Source: a virus (taxonomy: Duplodnaviria > Caudoviricetes). Taken from it: a stretch of DNA of 64,000 bases. The position numbers and the translations under genes were made by a program. The stretch covers positions 32,001 to 96,000 of the IMG/VR virus record IMGVR_UViG_3300021387_001585. The stretch is one strand, 5' to 3'. Below the pieces are notes generated by a model. It searched no databases. It was not told where the DNA came from and was given only the letters and a program-made list of their open reading frames with translations. The first letter of the stretch is position 1; every line of letters begins with the position of its first letter. Shown piece by piece: positions 8,900 to 18,354 of this stretch.

Positions 8900-11800
8900 T
8901 TACGCAGCCTGGGCAAGAGGCTGGTGTGCCTCTTGCTTGTCAGCTGCGTGCAGTTCTTTCTCGATCTTACGGTCGAGAGCTTTCAGTTCCGAGCGGAGCG
9001 TGGCGAGTTGTTCGTCCTTGCCCCACTGGCGAGTGAGGATAGCGTCGAGTTGTTCGATGCTCACCTTGTTGGCTTCTACAGTCTCTTCCCATGCTGCGAT
9101 GACAGTAGGAATGCCCTGCAGTACCTGCAGCGGATACTCACTGGCCAGACGTGCCGACACATGGTTGAGCTGTGCCTTGTTCGTCTGCCACTTGATGCGA
9201 CCGCCTTCCACGAAGAAGTAGTTGTGGTACTCGTATTCCTTGTCGAGCAATCCCCTCACCTTCTCCGTGCGGACGAGAATCGGGAAACCATAGATGCTGC
9301 CTACCTTCTGGCAGTTGCCTTCGGTGCGTGCCTCGCAGTCGATGCGCAGCAACTCAGCACCGAGAGCCTTGGCGTAGTCGGTGGTACCGGGAACGACATC
9401 GGCAGGAACCGTCCAGTCGTCGACGACCGCGTCGTTGACAACAAGCCCGTCCTCCGTCAGTCGGCGTGCCTTGTTGAACCGCGCCCAGTCTTCTCGGGCA
9501 TCCTTGATGTCGCGGGCCAGCCGCTCGTTTTCATTTTGCAGCTGGGTGCGCTTCTCCGTCTGCTCCGTCTGGTCTCTATAGAAACTCTTGCGCTCGGCTT
9601 CCAGTCCGGCAATCTTCCGCTCCAGCTTCGCACGCTCCAGCAGGTCGGTGTTGCCGGAGAGGATGGCCATGTACTCCGAGAAGTTCATGCCCGTGTTCTC
9701 GTCCATGGCACCCTCGTCGAGGGTACGGATGGAGAGCTGTCCGCGCTTCAGCTGATTGATGAAGGTCTGTTTGCAGTGGAGCAAGTTGAACTTATAGCTG
9801 TCCAGACTTCTTTCAACAGCGTAGATGATGATATCCACCTTGTTGTCGGCATAGAGCTTGGCTATCTCGTTACCCTTGCGCACAGCCCTGCCGTCGCGCT
9901 GCTCCAGGTCGGAGGGTCGCCACGGCGTGTCGAGGTGATGAACGGCCACCACACGCTGCTGGGCATTCACGCCGGTGCCGAGCATCGTCGTCGAGCCGAA
10001 GAGTACGCGGATGTTGCCTTTGTTCACCTCGGCTATCATCTGCTGCTTGGCGCGGTCGCTCTTGCACTCTTGGATAAACCGTATCTCAGAGGCAGGAATG
10101 CCATACTCAGTGACCAGCTTGCGCTTGATTTCAGAGTAGACATCCCAACCCTTGTCCTTGCCTTGATAGGTCGAAAGGTCGGAGAAGATGAGTTGCGTGC
10201 CCTTCTGGCTGTCGTACTTGTCGTAGTACTGCTTGACGAGCTTGGCACAGCGGCTGGCCTTGTTGTTCGGGTGGTCGCCGTAGGCAGGGTCTATCATTCG
10301 CATATCAAGCGACATCTTGCGTGCCAGGTCGGTGGCATAGAGCATCTTCGCCTTAACCTGCTTGTCGGTGGGGTTATGGATGCCTATCAGCGAGAAGTCG
10401 CCGTCCTTGGCAAACTTCATCAGCACATTGATGAACTCCTCCTGGTCCGGCGTCGGCTTGATGTTCAGGAGCATGGCGTGCTTCTCCGGACGCTCGATGC
10501 CCACATCCTCTGCCGTGCGGAAGTCCGTTATCTCGTTGTAGAACATCGCCAGCTCCGGCACTTTGATGAAGTAGCGGAAGCGCTCTTTCATGACGATGGC
10601 GTTGGTGATGGAAAACTCGAACTCCTTCGACTTCTTCGTGAAGATAGCAGCCCACGCATCGAAACAGGTGATGCGCTGCTTGGCCAGTGCCTTCGGTCGC
10701 AGGTAGCGGAACAGCGAGTAGAGTTCCGTCAGCGAGTTCGTCACCGTCGTACCACTGAGGAACGTCGCTCCGAGATCGCGGCCCGTGCGGTTCTGGATGG
10801 TGCGGATGGCCATGAGCATGTTGAATGCTCGCTTCGAGCCCTCGGTATTGCCAATGCCGGCCACACGGTCGTGACGGGTAGAGAAACCGAGGTTCTTAAA
10901 CTGGTGGCTCTCATCCACGAAGATGTGGTCGATGCCCATCATCTCGAAGTCCACCACGTCATCCTTACGGTTGTTGATGGAGTCCATCAGCTTCTCCAGG
11001 GCAGCCTCCTTGTTGCGCTTGCGCTGCTCCAGACCCTTGCGCATCCTCGACGAGATGCCGTAGCTCTCGCTTTCCAAGAGCTGCAGGGCATCGTCCAGCT
11101 GCTGTATCTCGTCCTGCAGCAAGTCGCGCTGCACAGCGTCCGACTGCGGGATGCGTCCGAACTGCTCATGGCTCATGATGATGCAGTCGTAGTCGTTGTT
11201 CTTCATCTTATTGAAGAACTCCACGCGGTTCGCTGCGCTGTAGTCGCTGGCCGTGGCAAAGAGGATTTTTGCATCGGGGTAGGCCGTCTGATAGGTCTCT
11301 GCTATCGCACTCACGTTGGCCTTCAGCCCGATAATCATCGGCTTGTGGCACATGCCCAGTCGCTTCATCTCGTGGGCAGCGATGCACATGATGAGCGTCT
11401 TGCCTGAGCCTACTTCATGGTCGCAGATGCCACCGCCATTCAAGAGAAGCATCCAGATACAGTCCTTCTGAGAGTCATACAGGTGTTCCACGCCGTACTT
11501 CTCACGAAGCCCCTTCATGTTCAGACCGGGGAACGTCTGGTGGCTGCCGTCGTACTTCGGCTTTACGAAGCAGTTGAACCGGCGGTTGTACTTGTCGGCC
11601 AACTCGTCGCGGAATGCCTTCGGCTGACGCTGTAGCCACTCCTCGTAGCCACGACGAATCTCTTCAATCTTTGTGGCGGCGAGCTGTGTCTTCTCGGGAT
11701 CCTCCACTTTTATCTTGTTGTAGTCATCGTCATACATGATGTGACCGTTGCTGTCGCGCTGATACTTCATCAGCGTCGGCGTGGTATCCTGCAAAGCATG

Positions 11801-13816
11801 TGTCAGCAAGTCCATGCCGTCGAGACGCTTGCTGGCCTCACTGGCAACAGAGTACTCCGTCCACACCTTCTCGTTAGAGTTATGGCAACTCACGGCATAC
11901 TGGTCGATGGCCGCTTCATACTTCACCTCCACCTCTGTCTTTCCTCCACGCCAACTGCAGCGCGGATCGACTGGCATGGAAAAGAACTCCGATGCAAACC
12001 GGCTATACACATCGGCATCCACCCAACGCTCTCCCAGGTTGAAGTCCAACTGCTCGAAGGGGATAGGCGTTGGGATGGCTGCTTTCAGCGCAGCCAGCGA
12101 TGCAGCCACTCGTGGGTCTTCACTCCCCTCGCCCTTTGGAGAGGAGCCGGGGGTGAGGCTTTCAATCTTCTCAATCACATTGCCTGACACAAACTTCGCC
12201 TTAATTTCGTATTCGTTGATCAGCGGGTTATAGAACACCTCGCCCTGCAGTTCGTCGAGCAGTTGCTCCTCGTCCATGCCCGTCAGGCCCACCATATATC
12301 CGATGTTGGGCTTGCCATACTCATTCAGGCTGGCGGCCAGGGCCTCCTTCGCCGTGTAGGTCTTATTCTCGTCGGCGGCAGCAAAGGCAATAGGGCGCAG
12401 CATGATGTCCGCTTTCTGCCAGTGGCCATCCGTCTTCACCTCCAAACCCAGCAACTCGTCGGCCTTCAGGTTCTTCACGCTGTTTTTGTTCAGTGCATCG
12501 TTCAAGAAGCCATACTCCTTCACGAACTCATCGTAGAGTTCGTTCAGTTTGTTGCGCAGCTCCGCATTCTCCTTCTGTTCGTTCTGCTCATAGCTATACA
12601 ATTCCGCATAGCACTTCTGCATATCCACAAGCCGTGCCTGCTTCTTTGTCAGCCGTGGCTTCTTCTCAGCCGGCTTTTCACTTTTCGCTTTTCGCTGTTC
12701 ACTCAGGATGCTGGTGAAGTTTGCCGTGAGGTCACGAGCAAGAACTTCACGAACAGCCTGTGCAATCCCCGTCACCCCATCCTTATGCAGATAGGTGAAC
12801 CCCGGCTTGCCATAGGCATCGGTGTCGCGCCGTGTCTCGGTGGCAATTACATGGTCGGGCTTCATGGTGAAGTAGAGGTTGGTCGGGCAGTCGTTGTCCG
12901 TATAGGTAGAGAGCAGCATCGTCTCGTCGAGTGTCAGGTCTCCCCTACCCTCCTGCTTCTGCATCACCAGCAGGTCGGTGCCCACCTCCGTGCCGCTGTC
13001 CTTGAACAGGTTGTTAGCCAGACGGTAGGCACCAATCAGACGGGCACTCTTCAATGCCTCTGCCAGTTGCTCCGTGTCGCGGTTCAGGTAGTTCGAGGTG
13101 ATGATGTAGGCCAGCAGACCACCGTTGCGCAGGCAGTCCAGACCTTTCAGCACATAGTAGCGATGAATCATCCGTGCTGCATCCCGTCGCACCTGGCTCT
13201 TGCTGTTGCTATAAGCCGGGTCATACACCTTAATGTCGCCGAAAGGAACATTCGTGGCCACAAGGTCGAACGTGCCGAGGTCGCTGGCAGGGATAGTCTC
13301 GAAACCCTTCACACGAACATCCATATACTGCGAGAAAGCACCGCGCTGCAACAACAGACCTGTGAGTAAGTCCTTCTCGTAGGCCACCGTATTCTGGTCG
13401 TTCTTGTACTTCGACCAGTCCATGCTGCACTTGGCAAACTCACCGTTGCCAGCTGCAGGGTCGAGCACCTTTGCGTATTTCAGTCCGCCTTCCCAGATAG
13501 TCTGCATCAGGTAGGAAACAAGTACGTTAGGCGTATAGAAGGCCGTCAGCGTCGATGCCTTCAATGATTGCATCCATGCCTTGAACTCGCGCTCGTCCTT
13601 GCTGTTGTCGCGCAGCAGGTTATGAAGGCGCATCGTATCTACGAAGCAGTCCAAATCATTTGCTGCCCATGCCCCGGTGTCGAGCGGATTGAGCACGAAG
13701 CCCAAGCCGCCGAAGCCTGTATATTTAGCCATCAGGCCCGTATAGTCCGCATTGCCTGAAAAGGCTTGTTTCAATGCTGCGATATTGTCGCGCAGCCTCT
13801 GTAATTTCGTTGCCAT
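8900..13816 (-). CDS. DarB-like N6-adenine methyltransferase / SNF2-type helicase fusion
   Basis: MTase motifs AFYTP, VLDPAAGNG, ATNVPFG. Helicase motifs HEVGSGKT, FVDESHQFKN, FLSGT, GTGVNAQ, WRPSDLEQRDGRAVRKGN. Confidence 0.9.
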   Translation of the reverse strand: MATKLQRLRDNIAALKQAFSGNADYTGLMAKYTGFGGLGFVLNPLDTGAWAANDLDCFVDTMRLHNLLRDNSKDEREFKAWMQSLKASTLTAFYTPNVLVSYLMQTIWEGGLKYAKVLDPAAGNGEFAKCSMDWSKYKNDQNTVAYEKDLLTGLLLQRGAFSQYMDVRVKGFETIPASDLGTFDLVATNVPFGDIKVYDPAYSNSKSQVRRDAARMIHRYYVLKGLDCLRNGGLLAYIITSNYLNRDTEQLAEALKSARLIGAYRLANNLFKDSGTEVGTDLLVMQKQEGRGDLTLDETMLLSTYTDNDCPTNLYFTMKPDHVIATETRRDTDAYGKPGFTYLHKDGVTGIAQAVREVLARDLTANFTSILSEQRKAKSEKPAEKKPRLTKKQARLVDMQKCYAELYSYEQNEQKENAELRNKLNELYDEFVKEYGFLNDALNKNSVKNLKADELLGLEVKTDGHWQKADIMLRPIAFAAADENKTYTAKEALAASLNEYGKPNIGYMVGLTGMDEEQLLDELQGEVFYNPLINEYEIKAKFVSGNVIEKIESLTPGSSPKGEGSEDPRVAASLAALKAAIPTPIPFEQLDFNLGERWVDADVYSRFASEFFSMPVDPRCSWRGGKTEVEVKYEAAIDQYAVSCHNSNEKVWTEYSVASEASKRLDGMDLLTHALQDTTPTLMKYQRDSNGHIMYDDDYNKIKVEDPEKTQLAATKIEEIRRGYEEWLQRQPKAFRDELADKYNRRFNCFVKPKYDGSHQTFPGLNMKGLREKYGVEHLYDSQKDCIWMLLLNGGGICDHEVGSGKTLIMCIAAHEMKRLGMCHKPMIIGLKANVSAIAETYQTAYPDAKILFATASDYSAANRVEFFNKMKNNDYDCIIMSHEQFGRIPQSDAVQRDLLQDEIQQLDDALQLLESESYGISSRMRKGLEQRKRNKEAALEKLMDSINNRKDDVVDFEMMGIDHIFVDESHQFKNLGFSTRHDRVAGIGNTEGSKRAFNMLMAIRTIQNRTGRDLGATFLSGTTVTNSLTELYSLFRYLRPKALAKQRITCFDAWAAIFTKKSKEFEFSITNAIVMKERFRYFIKVPELAMFYNEITDFRTAEDVGIERPEKHAMLLNIKPTPDQEEFINVLMKFAKDGDFSLIGIHNPTDKQVKAKMLYATDLARKMSLDMRMIDPAYGDHPNNKASRCAKLVKQYYDKYDSQKGTQLIFSDLSTYQGKDKGWDVYSEIKRKLVTEYGIPASEIRFIQECKSDRAKQQMIAEVNKGNIRVLFGSTTMLGTGVNAQQRVVAVHHLDTPWRPSDLEQRDGRAVRKGNEIAKLYADNKVDIIIYAVERSLDSYKFNLLHCKQTFINQLKRGQLSIRTLDEGAMDENTGMNFSEYMAILSGNTDLLERAKLERKIAGLEAERKSFYRDQTEQTEKRTQLQNENERLARDIKDAREDWARFNKARRLTEDGLVVNDAVVDDWTVPADVVPGTTDYAKALGAELLRIDCEARTEGNCQKVGSIYGFPILVRTEKVRGLLDKEYEYHNYFFVEGGRIKWQTNKAQLNHVSARLASEYPLQVLQGIPTVIAAWEETVEANKVSIEQLDAILTRQWGKDEQLATLRSELKALDRKIEKELHAADKQEAHQPLAQAA

Positions 13817-13854
13817 AACTCTTGTGATTTTTGATTGTTGATGATTGATGATTC

Positions 13855-14334
13855 TTATTTCAATTCCGCCTCCATGTTTTCCAGCAGGAATTGAGGCGTG
13901 AACACCTGCTGCATCTTAGTGAGGTTGGGTGTTAGCTTGAAGCACATATAGCCACGTTGTTTCAGGTAGTTCAGGCAGTAGTCCTCATTCAAGGCCACAC
14001 GCCCTGTCTCCTTTTCCTCCGTCACCGGTGCCTTCTTGGGCTTCGGCGACCTGCCGTTATAGAAATCGCGTTCAAGACCCTCGAAACGAGAGAATGGTAT
14101 CTGCTCCTTCGGTACCATGTAGTAAGTGCCGGAGGCCTTTCCGTGACGCAGGAGCAGTTCGTACTTCACGGCAAGCTGGAATACCTTGGGCGATTCAGAG
14201 GGCAGGCCGCACAGTTCTATCAGCGCATCGGCTTCCTTGCGGGACAGCCGCTTGCCTACATTCTTCCTCCGAAGTCCTTCATAGTCGCTGTAAACACCTT
14301 GGTTCACGTCGACGTCGTATCTTACGTATGCCAT
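13855..14334 (-). CDS. hypothetical protein
   Basis: 159-aa ORF. Confidence 0.7.
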   Translation of the reverse strand: MAYVRYDVDVNQGVYSDYEGLRRKNVGKRLSRKEADALIELCGLPSESPKVFQLAVKYELLLRHGKASGTYYMVPKEQIPFSRFEGLERDFYNGRSPKPKKAPVTEEKETGRVALNEDYCLNYLKQRGYMCFKLTPNLTKMQQVFTPQFLLENMEAELK

Positions 14335-14379
14335 AACTGTTACTTTTGAGTATAATTATCAATTTTCAATTTTCAATTA

Positions 14380-15354
14380 TCAAGCTGCCAGCCGTGCCAG
14401 CAGCACGGCCCGCAGTTTGTCGGCCATCGTAGGTTGGGCGGTAGCCTGTTCTGTCTGCTGCGAGATTATCGCAGCCTTGGCAGCGCGTGCCTTTGGCTTG
14501 GTTTCTTTTTGAGCAGACGCCACCTTCGGAGCATCCAGCCACTTCTCGAAAGTGAATACATCAATATCCCTTTTATCAATTTTACAAACAGGAATATCGC
14601 TGCAAGGATCCAACAGCGGCATCAGCAAGACCAGCGTGTCGTCGCCATGGAACATCACGGCCTTTGAGTTGTCGTAGAAGCGCATCCCCGTAGGCTCGAA
14701 AGCCAGCACGTCACGCAACTTCTTGCAGTTGAACGACACAGACACCTTGTACGGCATGCTGCCCACCTCCACGTCCTTCTGCCACGTCTCATCGGTGACA
14801 TCATCGTAGTAGTTCAGTGCAATAGTCTGAGACTTCTTCTCAGCATAGAGACGCATTGGGTAGGTGGGGTTGTCTTTTCCCATCTTCGTCAGCATCTCCT
14901 TCAGCACGGAATCCCACGCTTTTGCATTCACGTCAATGCTGCGTCCCGACGACCACGGCATAACCGCCCGCCAGTTGGGATAGCGGATCTCCTGCTTCAC
15001 CTCGCCGCACACACCGTTCTCGTCGCTGGCTGAAACCACGGTGTCGGAGCCATCGGAAGTAATCTCCACCGTCACCTGGCCTTTCATCTTCAGTACCTCC
15101 ACGGGCAGCATATAGCAGCCGTTCATCACAAATACACCATCGCCCAGCTCGCAGCGGTAGTCCTTCGCTTTATGCGCAGCCAGGATATGACCGTCGGTAG
15201 CCAACAGCAGCCCCGTTTCCACCTCGATGGCGGGCATCTGAGCAAACTGTCTTTTGTCGCGCTTGTCCAGACATCTTTTCAGGTTCTGTACCATCTTGTC
15301 GGCCACGAATGTTATTCGTGACAACACTTTGCTTTTAGTTTCTTTCTTTGCCAT
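14380..15354 (-). CDS. DNA polymerase III beta (sliding clamp)-like protein
   Basis: LLATDGHILA, RYPNWRAVMP, VSFNCKKLRDVL and LVLLMPL parallel the DnaN motifs ATDGHRLA, yPdyrrv.P, .fN..yl.d.l and lmP. Confidence 0.65.
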   Translation of the reverse strand: MAKKETKSKVLSRITFVADKMVQNLKRCLDKRDKRQFAQMPAIEVETGLLLATDGHILAAHKAKDYRCELGDGVFVMNGCYMLPVEVLKMKGQVTVEITSDGSDTVVSASDENGVCGEVKQEIRYPNWRAVMPWSSGRSIDVNAKAWDSVLKEMLTKMGKDNPTYPMRLYAEKKSQTIALNYYDDVTDETWQKDVEVGSMPYKVSVSFNCKKLRDVLAFEPTGMRFYDNSKAVMFHGDDTLVLLMPLLDPCSDIPVCKIDKRDIDVFTFEKWLDAPKVASAQKETKPKARAAKAAIISQQTEQATAQPTMADKLRAVLLARLAA

Positions 15355-15510
15355 AGTCGTATTATTTTAGTTTCAAGTTTCACGTAAAAAAGGCTACCGC
15401 GTCATCACGACGCAGCAGCCGCAGACTCAAAAATTCACAAGTTATGATTCTTGTTTGTGCTCCGCATCCTTTCAGCAGGTAGGCTCTCAGGCCGTGCGGA
15501 GCTCGTAGGG

Positions 15511-15906
15511 TCAGTCTTCTATTTCAAAATAGAAACTCACTGTCAGGACACCAAGCACCTGCTTGGTCTCTACCACCAAGCCGGGATTATCCTCACACTG
15601 CAACGCTTTGAACACTTGCTCATAGTGGTCGAACACTTCACGTCGCACATCGTCGATATCCTCCGTAGGCTGGAAGCCGATAACCTGAATGTCGATGGTG
15701 TGCTCACCCCAACACCATTTTACGTCTATCAGAGCGTCATAGTTCTCCGTCTTCACCTGTCCAATCATGTGTCGGCGCTTGCTGCCTGTCCTATGGTCGG
15801 GCGCCCAATAGAAGTTCTGAAACTCATTGTCCTCGAACGCATCTTCCATCAGGTTCTTGTTGTCAATCGGTGCATAGATTTTCTCCATAGTCGTAATCTT
15901 TTTCAA
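15511..15906 (-). CDS. hypothetical protein
   Basis: ORF track; coupled to the upstream gene. Confidence 0.65.
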   Translation of the reverse strand: MKKITTMEKIYAPIDNKNLMEDAFEDNEFQNFYWAPDHRTGSKRRHMIGQVKTENYDALIDVKWCWGEHTIDIQVIGFQPTEDIDDVRREVFDHYEQVFKALQCEDNPGLVVETKQVLGVLTVSFYFEIED

Positions 15907-16280
15907 ATTTCAAAGCAATAGTGACCGCATGGTGTTTCTTCTGTCACCTCGCTATAGTGTAGCATATAGTCGGCGGGGTGTCCGTTGTAGAACTCGTTGA
16001 TACACTCCACCACATCGTCATCGTTCATGTCCTCAATATACTGTTTAGCCTCACTAATTAGCCTTTCAGTATAACCGTCCTCCTTGGTCACATTCTTTAC
16101 GAACTCCGTTATTGGGATAAACACGAAACACGGCTCCAACAGGCGCCATGCACCCTCGCCGTTGTCCTCGCTCTGATACAGATAGCCGTCCAGATGCACC
16201 TCTTTTCCTCCCCTGCCGTCGTTCATAACCGTAAAGAACTCCAGTTCCATAGGTTCCGTAACTCCATTAAATTTCTCCAT
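15903..16280 (-). CDS. hypothetical acidic protein, first gene downstream of the ncRNA array
   Basis: ORF track. Confidence 0.7.
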   Translation of the reverse strand: MEKFNGVTEPMELEFFTVMNDGRGGKEVHLDGYLYQSEDNGEGAWRLLEPCFVFIPITEFVKNVTKEDGYTERLISEAKQYIEDMNDDDVVECINEFYNGHPADYMLHYSEVTEETPCGHYCFEI

Positions 16281-16316
16281 AGTCGTTACTCGTTTAAAAT
16301 TTTCTTTTCCAGACTG

Positions 16317-17212
16317 CCTCGCGGTGTGGCATAGTACTTTATGGGTTCGATATGAAGAGTGTTGACAGCTTCAGACAAGAGGCCGCCATCTTATTGATGG
16401 CCGCCTTGTCAGTCTGAGCTGGTCAATGTACTCTTAAATTAAATCCTCCGCTCTGCAGTCTCACATAGGCGGTATGCGCCGCCATACTCCCCTCTCCTTC
16501 GGGGAGGGGAAGGGGGTGGGGCCTGCTCATCATCCATAGCGCATCGCTTTACGTTGCCGATAAGTTCCGGTGTAACTTACCTGGATGATACTGGGAATCG
16601 CCCAGTTAAATCCAGGTAAAATTGTGAACCGGAATTTTAAAACCGTTGGATGCCTTGCAGACCGTCGGGGTGCGCTCCCCTACCCTGCTCACGAACTCGG
16701 CACATCTGCTTTACTTGCTCGATATAATAACAGTGCTATACGAAGGTTCCGATGACCGGCGTCGTATAACAGTAGGGATACGACGCCGGTCATCGAACCC
16801 TTCTGTATCACTGTTTATTAAATGTGTGTCCGTCTTGCAGGATTGTCCCTGTGCTGGGATAGAATAGTCCTTACCTTGCGTCATGGCATAGTTCTATAAT
16901 CTTGCGATGGAAAGAGATCCGACGTAATTTACGGGTCCCTGAGACGTAGGGTCAGGGCCCCGCAAATGTTCAGTCGGATCTCTCTGAAAGATGACGCCCT
17001 GTAAGAACACGGCTGTATGCGCAGCCCATATCATCCTCGCTCTCCGTGCCCGGTGCGTGGCTATATAGTGCCGATGTGCCAGCTCAGGATGACCTGTCAG
17101 GTCATCTCGTCGGTCCACATACCATAGGGATGTCGGACCACGAGATGAACTCACAGGTTTAACCTGAGCTGCTAAAACGTTGCACGTCTTGCTTGGATAG
17201 GTCGCACGCCTT
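16317..17212 (-). ncRNA. RT-associated structured ncRNA array, block A: five units at about 16317-16485, 16524-16682, 16685-16861, 16874-17028 and 17041-17212
   Basis: On the + strand each unit reads: helix arm, GGCAYA-like box, CTTTA-like box, GAT, a long imperfect hairpin of about 70-95 nt, TAAA/TGAA, the complementary helix arm, and a small hairpin with a TATGCG/TGTGCG-type loop. Pairings covary between units. Confidence 0.85.
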
Positions 17213-17225
17213 TTCTTGGGTGGGT

Positions 17226-18305
17226 TTACTTACGCTTCTTGGCTGCTGCCCACTCCTTCATCTTAGCCTCGATGTCGATGCCGTTCTCGTCGAGCATCTG
17301 CTTCATAAGACCGAACAGGCGCCAGCCCTCACCGTCAGCATAGGCATTGGCAGCGTTCTCCAGCATCTGCAGCCCCGTCAGTCGGCGGTTATAGAAGTCG
17401 TTGTCCTTTGGGAACTGGCAGCCATGGAAGCGCAGCAGGTTCTGCATCGTGGCATACGCACCCATTCCCTTGTAGGCATCCTTCCATGCAGCACACTGGT
17501 CGTAGCAGCCACTTCCGCAAGGAGTGGCCTGCCAGAACTCACGCACAGCCTTGTAGAGATGTTGCGGAGTCTTGGTGACGTTGATGCCAAACATCAGGTG
17601 GCGAAGCGGACTTATCAGTTTCTTCTCAATGTCAGAGACGAAATAGTGCTTGTGGTCGATGGTTACGTAGGGCACACCCTTGCACTTGTGGCGCGGACGG
17701 TTCTGTACATCCTTCTCCAACTTCGTGATATAGTCCGCAGACATCGTCACGGCCAGCTCGCGGTTGAACCAGCGGTTACGCGCCGCAAAGTTCTCCATGT
17801 CCTTGCCATAGAGCTTCGCCTGCACTCGCAGCTCCTCCACCAGCATCTCCCACTGATACTTGTAGCCGTGGTTCTTTACCCACTCCGTGAATCCCCAACG
17901 GGAAGAAAGACCGTGGAAAACCTGCGACATCACCCATCTGCGGAACAGCGAGCGGTTGGGCACCGTGCCCTGCTTCACGATGGCCGCCATGATGGTGTCA
18001 TCAGCAGTTACGGCCACGGGAACACCCTCGTCCGACATCTTCATCAACTGCTCACCACCCGTGGGGAGCTGGATGGAGAAGTACTTGCTCGTGTCGATAC
18101 CGGAGGCGCGGAGCGCGTCGCCCCTCTTCGAGACGGGCAGGAATACCTCGCCCAGCCCTGAGTCCTTGCCGATAGCAATGCCGTTCTTCACCTTGTGCTC
18201 ATGTTCGCCAATAGCGAACTCCGTACCGCATACGGGGCACATCACCTTTGTTTCGTTGTTCTCACTCATGTTCTTGTTCACGTTTGAATTGTTCTTTGTT
18301 GCCAT
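17226..18305 (-). CDS. hypothetical protein embedded in the RT-associated ncRNA array; N-terminal CPVC motif
   Basis: 359-aa ORF flanked by five array units on each side, same strand as the RT. Confidence 0.85.
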   Translation of the reverse strand: MATKNNSNVNKNMSENNETKVMCPVCGTEFAIGEHEHKVKNGIAIGKDSGLGEVFLPVSKRGDALRASGIDTSKYFSIQLPTGGEQLMKMSDEGVPVAVTADDTIMAAIVKQGTVPNRSLFRRWVMSQVFHGLSSRWGFTEWVKNHGYKYQWEMLVEELRVQAKLYGKDMENFAARNRWFNRELAVTMSADYITKLEKDVQNRPRHKCKGVPYVTIDHKHYFVSDIEKKLISPLRHLMFGINVTKTPQHLYKAVREFWQATPCGSGCYDQCAAWKDAYKGMGAYATMQNLLRFHGCQFPKDNDFYNRRLTGLQMLENAANAYADGEGWRLFGLMKQMLDENGIDIEAKMKEWAAAKKRK

Positions 18306-18354
18306 AACTAAAAAATGATTTTAAGTTTAATAATTTTGTTCACTGTTTCGCTCG

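Noticed and set aside
8885-13369. Long + strand ORFs (840 aa and 368 aa)
   Set aside because: Antisense shadows of the motif-rich DarB-like gene. The same applies to shadows over the RT, MutS-I, terminase, portal, helicase and tape-measure genes.
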